From an uncultured Candidatus Saccharibacteria bacterium (GTDB taxonomy: Bacteria > Patescibacteriota > CALEFQ01), in NCBI GenBank assembly GCA_965230955.1, contig OZ246404.1:582410-646409 (forward strand): DNA of 64,000 nt, in the 5' to 3' direction. Each line of letters opens with the position of its first letter. Position 1 is the first letter of the stretch. Below, in pieces: positions 59,174 through 64,000 of the stretch. A model generated the notes under the pieces. The model ran no database searches. It saw nothing but the letters and a program-made list of their open reading frames with translations, and had not been told where the DNA came from. A program made the position numbers and the translations under genes.

Positions 59174-59617
59174 GTGAACGCAAAGCATTGGGGATTCTAT
59201 TTGACATTCAAAATTTTGGCATTGGCTTTAGCCGCGGTTTTTGTGACCGGATGGATCGGCAACGCGACGCCCCAAACAATCATATCACATGGGGTTATCG
59301 CTGTATCCCTGAACACTATCGGTGCAGTTTTTGTCGTCGCCCTCACTATATTTGCCGCGTTGTTGGACTATTATTGCACTTGGCTACTATTGGATTGGCA
59401 TCGGCCAAAAGAATGGTACGGCGGGAGTAACTTTTTCTTGCCTCTTTGTGCTATTGGCCCGCTCCTCGGATTACTGGTTACTGTCATCATGGGTCGAATC
59501 CAAACATACGAACATTTATGGCTCTACCTGATCATCGTCAGTTGTTCTCTACCCACCATGATCATCCCAACAATTATCCTGCTTCGTTCACCCGAACCAC
59601 CGAAGTTTCCGAGTTAA
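59174..59617 (+). CDS. Hypothetical 4-TM protein (orphan cassette)
   Basis: SD GAAAGGAGG before GTG; hairpin ACCTGCTG/CAGCAGGT plus T-tract. Confidence 0.72.
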   Translation: MNAKHWGFYLTFKILALALAAVFVTGWIGNATPQTIISHGVIAVSLNTIGAVFVVALTIFAALLDYYCTWLLLDWHRPKEWYGGSNFFLPLCAIGPLLGLLVTVIMGRIQTYEHLWLYLIIVSCSLPTMIIPTIILLRSPEPPKFPS

Positions 59618-59715
59618 GCCCCTACCACTATTCCCCGACCTGCTGCCGACAGCAGGTTTTTTCTTTATCCGCGCAGGCGCCATCTATCACTCAGGACATA
59701 ATACCTTAATTTCTA

Positions 59716-59744
59716 TTGACGAAGCTAGACTGGATAGTTAGAAT
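59716..59744 (+). promoter_or_regulatory. sigma70 promoter
   Basis: TTGACG-17 nt-TAGAAT. Confidence 0.65.
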
Positions 59745-59795
59745 GCAACGATAGTCACAAATCATTCAACTGTTTTCATGAAAAGGAGGATGATC

Positions 59796-60392
59796 ATGAC
59801 AACAATTGCAAGAAGAGCTCTATTAAGCGTGTGGGACAAGACAGATATCGTGATGTTCGCACAAGGATTAAACCAACGCGGGTTCGAAATCATCTCGACT
59901 GGTGGCACAGCGAAGGTGTTAACCGATGCCGGAATTTCTGTCACCACTGTCGAACAAGTAACCAGTTTCCCGGAATGCTTCGGCGGAAGATTAAAGACTC
60001 TTCATCCCAGAATAATGGGCGGCATACTGCGACGACGCGACAACATCACAGACAATGAATCAGCTATTTTGCTGGGCATTGCCGATATCGACCTGGTGGT
60101 TGTCAACTTATACCCCTTCCAAACGGTCACGAGCCAGCCAGACTGCACATTCGAGGAAGCGATTGAAAATATCGACATCGGCGGTCCAAGTATGATCCGA
60201 GCAGCCGCCAAGAATCATGAGTCCGTGGTAGTTGTGGTTGATCCGCGCGATTATCGCAAAATTTTGCGGGAACTTGCGCCAGGTTATACCTGGATCAGTC
60301 CGCAACTGAAATTCCAGTTGGCAGTAAAAGTTTTTAAACTTACTGCTAAATACGACCGGGCAATCTATAATTACTTAAAAAACAGATATTAG
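59796..60392 (+). CDS. IMP cyclohydrolase domain only (N-terminal half of PurH)
   Basis: RALLSVWDK, STGGT, GRLKTLHP, NIDIGGPSMIRAAAKN; stops at YDRAIYNYL. Confidence 0.88.
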   Translation: MTTIARRALLSVWDKTDIVMFAQGLNQRGFEIISTGGTAKVLTDAGISVTTVEQVTSFPECFGGRLKTLHPRIMGGILRRRDNITDNESAILLGIADIDLVVVNLYPFQTVTSQPDCTFEEAIENIDIGGPSMIRAAAKNHESVVVVVDPRDYRKILRELAPGYTWISPQLKFQLAVKVFKLTAKYDRAIYNYLKNRY

Positions 60393-60428
60393 ACAAAATC
60401 GTCAACGTGACTATCATATCGATCCAGC

Positions 60429-60647
60429 CTATCCATTAGAGATAGGCTGTTTCTTTTTTCGGCAACAGAGCAAATAGATAATGGGCAAAATGCCGGCCGT
60501 ATTCAGAATCAAAATCAGGACAAACCAGACCGGCTGATTGTTTCGTCCGGCGCGCCAGAGGCCAAAGCCCTTCCAGACCATTTCCCAGATCATTAAGGGA
60601 ATTAGCCAGATTAGCCATGGGCTTAAATCGATGGTTTCGAGAATCAT
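60429..60647 (-). CDS. DUF5652-like small membrane protein
   Basis: WKGFGLWRAGRNNQ..WF...NTAGILPIIYL. Confidence 0.82.
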   Translation of the reverse strand: MILETIDLSPWLIWLIPLMIWEMVWKGFGLWRAGRNNQPVWFVLILILNTAGILPIIYLLCCRKKKQPISNG

Positions 60648-60760
60648 AAAGTTTCACTAATTAATCTCATTGTAATCATTCTTATTGACAGTTGTTTTTT
60701 TTCGTGAAAGAATGGCAACAGAGAAACAAATCAATGTCATTTCCAGATAGGAGGGACGAT

Positions 60761-61147
60761 ATGAATGACATAACAAAGTTATGGATTAGAATTGGCAGTA
60801 GCGATCTTGCCGCCGCGATCTGTGTGTTAATAATCCTGGGGACATTCGATGCCAAGTCGACAGAGGTAATCAAGACTTTTATAGCTATCCTGGCTTTAGT
60901 CGGCTGGTTTTTTACCACCATGATTCACTCCTGTTGTATCGCGAATCTCGTTTATCCAGGCAAGACTGGAGATAAAAAGTTTTTCTTAGGGGCCCCTGTA
61001 ATTTTGATTGGGACGTTGATAATAACAGTATCCGGATCTCTTCAGTACAATTGCGCCGCTTCCTTTCCCTATCTATTTTCCCTAGGCATAGCCGCCAAAA
61101 TCATGTGGTATCACTGGCTAACTTTCTATCCAAAACCACAAGAATGA
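60761..61147 (+). CDS. Hypothetical membrane protein (orphan cassette)
   Basis: TTGACA at 60685; SD AGGAGG before ATG 60761; terminator AAACCTGTT/AACAGGTTT. Confidence 0.65.
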   Translation: MNDITKLWIRIGSSDLAAAICVLIILGTFDAKSTEVIKTFIAILALVGWFFTTMIHSCCIANLVYPGKTGDKKFFLGAPVILIGTLIITVSGSLQYNCAASFPYLFSLGIAAKIMWYHWLTFYPKPQE

Positions 61148-61232
61148 ATGGTTATGATTCGACTCTCAAACCTGTTGGCACGACGCTAACAGGTTTTTTA
61201 TTTGGAAAACACTTACCTGCACCAATAAATTA

Positions 61233-62336
61233 TTAATTCCGGATTGCCACAATCTCCCGCGCCGCTTTTTCCATTTCGTCTTCAAACTTTATTCCCGCCT
61301 TCAGCAAAATCGCCTTCGCTTCTTTTTCTCTAGTGCCGACCACGCGCAAGACAACGGGAATACTTAAACCTTTTTCTTTCACGAAATCAACCAGCCCCTG
61401 CGCGATCTCGTCCGCCCGTGTGATTCCGCCGAATATATTGATAAAAATCTTTTTCACCCCCGGCTTTTTGAGCGCGATCGTCAGCGCTTTTTTCATTTGC
61501 TCGGACGTCGCTCCGCCGCCGACATCAAGAAAATTCGCCACTCGGCCGCCGAAGTGCGCCAGCGTGTCCAGCGTCGCCATCACCAGCCCGGCGCCATTGC
61601 CAATCACCGCGATATCGCCGTCAAGCTCGACATAAGACATACTTTCCACGTTCGCCTCTTTTTCCAACGCGGTATAATCGTCCGTTTTATACTTCGCCAG
61701 TTCGGGATGACGAAAAAGCGCGTTGTCATCGATAACCACTTTCGCATCCAGCGCCATCAATTCGCCTGATTTTAACCGTACCAGTGGATTGATCTCAACC
61801 AAGGTCCCATCTTTTTCCACAAACAAGCGATACAGTTTTTGGATGATATCAATCACTTCGGCGGAAATACCGACTTGAGATTTTATATTTTGAATTTCCT
61901 TTGAATTTTGGATTTTAAATTTTTTGATTTTATCGGGGTTCTCCGCCGCAATCGTTTCCACATCAACACTTCCCTCTTCACAAAAAACGACCATCGGACA
62001 TTTGGCTACTCGATCAATCGTGATAGACAAATACATCTCAGCGCTCACGTCGAGAAAGCCGTAAATCAGGATTTCCTCGACCTTGAGCCCGCTAATCGTC
62101 ATATCAAAAATGCGTGCCACTTCACGCTCCACAATCTCTGGTTTGTTATCGACAAAAACTATACCGCCAGCCTTCTTGCGCTTGCCTTTAGCCACCTGCG
62201 CCTTGATCGAAACTTTGGGCCCCATTTTGTATACTTCCGCCGGTACAGCTTCGCCTTTTCTAATTAAAACGCCGCCGGGAGTACGGATCCCGTATTGCTC
62301 GAAAATTTCTTTGCCTTGGTATTCTTTTAAATTCAT
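61233..62336 (-). CDS. sucC: Succinyl-CoA synthetase beta subunit
   Basis: MNLKEYQGK, EINPL, LDAK, GNGAGLVMATLD, NFLDVGGGA, NIFGGITR. Confidence 0.95.
   Translation of the reverse strand: MNLKEYQGKEIFEQYGIRTPGGVLIRKGEAVPAEVYKMGPKVSIKAQVAKGKRKKAGGIVFVDNKPEIVEREVARIFDMTISGLKVEEILIYGFLDVSAEMYLSITIDRVAKCPMVVFCEEGSVDVETIAAENPDKIKKFKIQNSKEIQNIKSQVGISAEVIDIIQKLYRLFVEKDGTLVEINPLVRLKSGELMALDAKVVIDDNALFRHPELAKYKTDDYTALEKEANVESMSYVELDGDIAVIGNGAGLVMATLDTLAHFGGRVANFLDVGGGATSEQMKKALTIALKKPGVKKIFINIFGGITRADEIAQGLVDFVKEKGLSIPVVLRVVGTREKEAKAILLKAGIKFEDEMEKAAREIVAIRN
61875..61930. repeat. Degenerate TTTGAAT heptamer tract in frame inside sucC
   Basis: tttgaat ttcc tttgaat tttggat tttaaat, encoding KFKIQNSKEIQNIKSQ. 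Confidence 0.6.
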
Positions 62337-62341
62337 AAATT

Positions 62342-62426
62342 AAGTATCAGGTAACAATTAACAAGTAACAAATAAGAAAATTCCCTTCCAATTTGTCACT
62401 TGTTACCTGTTACTTGATACCTGATA
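62342..62426. repeat. Inverted heptamer hairpin, family E
   Basis: aagtatc aggtaac aattaac aagtaac ... ttgtcac ttgttac ctgttac ttgatac ctgata. Confidence 0.85.
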
Positions 62427-62894
62427 TCCCGTTTCCACCGCCTTTACATTATCATCCGGTAATTTTTTCGGAATCGCCCGGCGCAAATTTACTTTCGATA
62501 AATCAATCTCCAGGTAAGCCAAGAGAGAACCCAGCGCGATTGTGCTGCCATAAATCGGCTTGCCGAATTTTTCTCGCCCCAGGCCAAAAAAATCATGAAC
62601 ATCGCCGTCGGTCCGCACTCCTTTTTGGGCAATGATATTGCGCCCGGTGAATTTCTTGCCGGTCACCCCAAGTTCGAGCAGAAAATCAGCTTGATCGACG
62701 ACTGGATTTACCACCTTTTTTTTATCAAACGCGATATAAGCCACACTGGCTCCGCCGCGCGAGGCCGCGTCGTAATCATTAAGGACGGTAACGTCAACAT
62801 CGAGCTGCATTAAAATCTCGCCCAAAATCGCCGCCAGCATTTTGACGCCTTGTCCGCCCGTCCCGGCCACAATAATTTTCGCGTGGTTTAACAT
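62403..62894 (-). CDS. 2-oxoacid:ferredoxin oxidoreductase gamma subunit
   Basis: AGTGGQGV, YDAASRGGAS, NVKAVETGY; start ATG 62894. Confidence 0.88.
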   Translation of the reverse strand: MLNHAKIIVAGTGGQGVKMLAAILGEILMQLDVDVTVLNDYDAASRGGASVAYIAFDKKKVVNPVVDQADFLLELGVTGKKFTGRNIIAQKGVRTDGDVHDFFGLGREKFGKPIYGSTIALGSLLAYLEIDLSKVNLRRAIPKKLPDDNVKAVETGYQVSSNR

Positions 62895-62907
62895 ATCCTT
62901 AATTTCC

Positions 62908-62960
62908 GGGCGAGCGCCCTCCTTCGCTAAAGCTACGGAGGATGAACCGCTCGCCCCTAC
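62908..62960 (-). repeat. GTAG REP palindrome with a second mini-palindrome nested in its loop
   Basis: GTAGGGGCGAGCGGTTC[ATCCTCCGTAGCTTTAGCGAAGGAGGG]CGCTCGCCC. Confidence 0.75.
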
Positions 62961-62999
62961 TAACATCTCTTAATATCTTAATATTCTTAATATCTTTTT

Positions 63000-63740
63000 T
63001 TAATCTTTTTTCACAATCCCAATCTCGCCATCCGCTAACAAACCAACAGGTTTCGGATTTATTTTGAACTGCTCCTTGTACGCCAGAATCATCTCCGCCG
63101 GACTTTTTACTTTGTTCATCTTACCCCAGCGCTCGGGACAATCGGATTTGATATCAACCAGCGCGAAACCCGGCCAAGCCAGCGCTTCGGCCAAACATTT
63201 TTTCAGATGCGGCACATGAAAAACAGTCGAACGAGCGTAAAAATACCGGCGATTGGAAGTGATTATTCCCTGAATATTTATCGGATTGGCTTCCGATCCT
63301 TGAGGAGTGGTAAGAGTGACGCTCCCCGGCCGTGTCGTCGGCGCACTTTGTCCGCCGGTCATACCGTATATTTCATTATTAACCAGAACGACTGTAACAT
63401 TGGCATCGCGCCGGCTGGTGTGGAGCAAATGATTTCCGCCGATACTGGTCAAATCGCCGTCACCGGAAGCCACGACAACTTTTAAGTCCGGCCGATAGGC
63501 CGCGATTGCTTCCGCCACTGGCAGAGCCCGCCCGTGCGTGGTATGAAGAGAATCCATCTTGAAATATCCCGCCATCCGTCCGGTACAGCCGATCCCGGAA
63601 ACCACGGTGGCATTTTTGCTATTTAATCCCGCCGCCGCCATGACACCCGCCAGCTGGTGAAAAATAATACCAATGCCACAACCGGCACACCATAGTGTCG
63701 GCATTCGTTCTTGTTTAATTAAGTCTTTAGCTTCGGCCAT
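63000..63740 (-). CDS. 2-oxoacid:ferredoxin oxidoreductase beta subunit (KorB-like)
   Basis: WCAGCG, SGIGC, HTTHGRA, GDGD, NNEIYGMTGGQ. Confidence 0.93.
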   Translation of the reverse strand: MAEAKDLIKQERMPTLWCAGCGIGIIFHQLAGVMAAAGLNSKNATVVSGIGCTGRMAGYFKMDSLHTTHGRALPVAEAIAAYRPDLKVVVASGDGDLTSIGGNHLLHTSRRDANVTVVLVNNEIYGMTGGQSAPTTRPGSVTLTTPQGSEANPINIQGIITSNRRYFYARSTVFHVPHLKKCLAEALAWPGFALVDIKSDCPERWGKMNKVKSPAEMILAYKEQFKINPKPVGLLADGEIGIVKKD

Positions 63741-63750
63741 AAAATATTCT

Positions 63751-63829
63751 TATCCGTAAAATGAATATTTTTTCGCGCCTAGAGCCGCCTTCGGCTAAAC
63801 GGCGCTCAAAAACATTCATTTTACAGATA
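63751..63829. repeat. 22-bp-stem inverted repeat between the alpha and beta subunit genes
   Basis: TATCCGTAAAATGAATATTTTT ... AAAAACATTCATTTTACAGATA. Confidence 0.75.
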
Positions 63830-64000
63830 TACTTTCTAATTGTTTTAATACCGGCGTCAATTTAATCTCGCCGCCGAGTAGCGCTATCCGCCTCACCTCG
63901 CGCTTTAACACGCGTTCGATCTCGCCGGCGTACTGGCCGTCATTGGCTTCAACTACCACGATTTTTTTATAATCTTTGGCCGCGTCCTTTAGTTCTTTCT
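63816..64000 (-). CDS. 2-oxoacid:ferredoxin oxidoreductase alpha subunit, 3' end
   Basis: KIVVVEANDGQYAGEIERVL...LLGGE; stop TGA at 63816. Confidence 0.85.
   Translation of the reverse strand, partial: KELKDAAKDYKKIVVVEANDGQYAGEIERVLKREVRRIALLGGEIKLTPVLKQLESISVK

Overview
Gene-dense bacterial window, mostly on the minus strand. It most resembles a Patescibacteria/CPR genome; this is an inference from AT-rich, mostly SD-less leaders on core genes, a GxILLQVQxxGEAWYxNP surface repeat protein and CPR-like palindromic mini-repeats. Core content: atpBEF; part of a group-3b-type NiFe hydrogenase locus (beta and gamma subunits, hypCDE); thiol-redox genes, lgt and several ABC transporters; a nucleoside phosphorylase-aldolase-mtnA salvage operon; rlmN; a zeta toxin; a P-type ATPase; ftsEX; a frameshifted prfB; a ComEC-like nuclease; sucCD; and 2-oxoacid:ferredoxin oxidoreductase subunits. 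Two features stand out. (1) An arginine-themed island at about 44.9-53.0 kb, where argS, an atypical arginine deiminase/amidinotransferase, an aminopeptidase, arginine decarboxylase and a hydrolase surround a tandem array of five tRNA-Arg genes (ACG, TCG, TCT, CCG, CCT) that look like paralogs of one ancestor. (2) A dispersed set of inverted heptamer-repeat hairpins of several sequence families at gene junctions. One encloses a four-helix-bundle gene in its loop, and single arms occur in frame inside hypD and sucC. Also seen: GTAG-type REP palindromes (one in frame inside sucD), solitary promoter+SD+terminator orphan cassettes, and an unannotated 48-aa HiPIP-like ORF. All calls come from reading the sequence and recalling motifs. 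No searches were run, so novelty is unverified.
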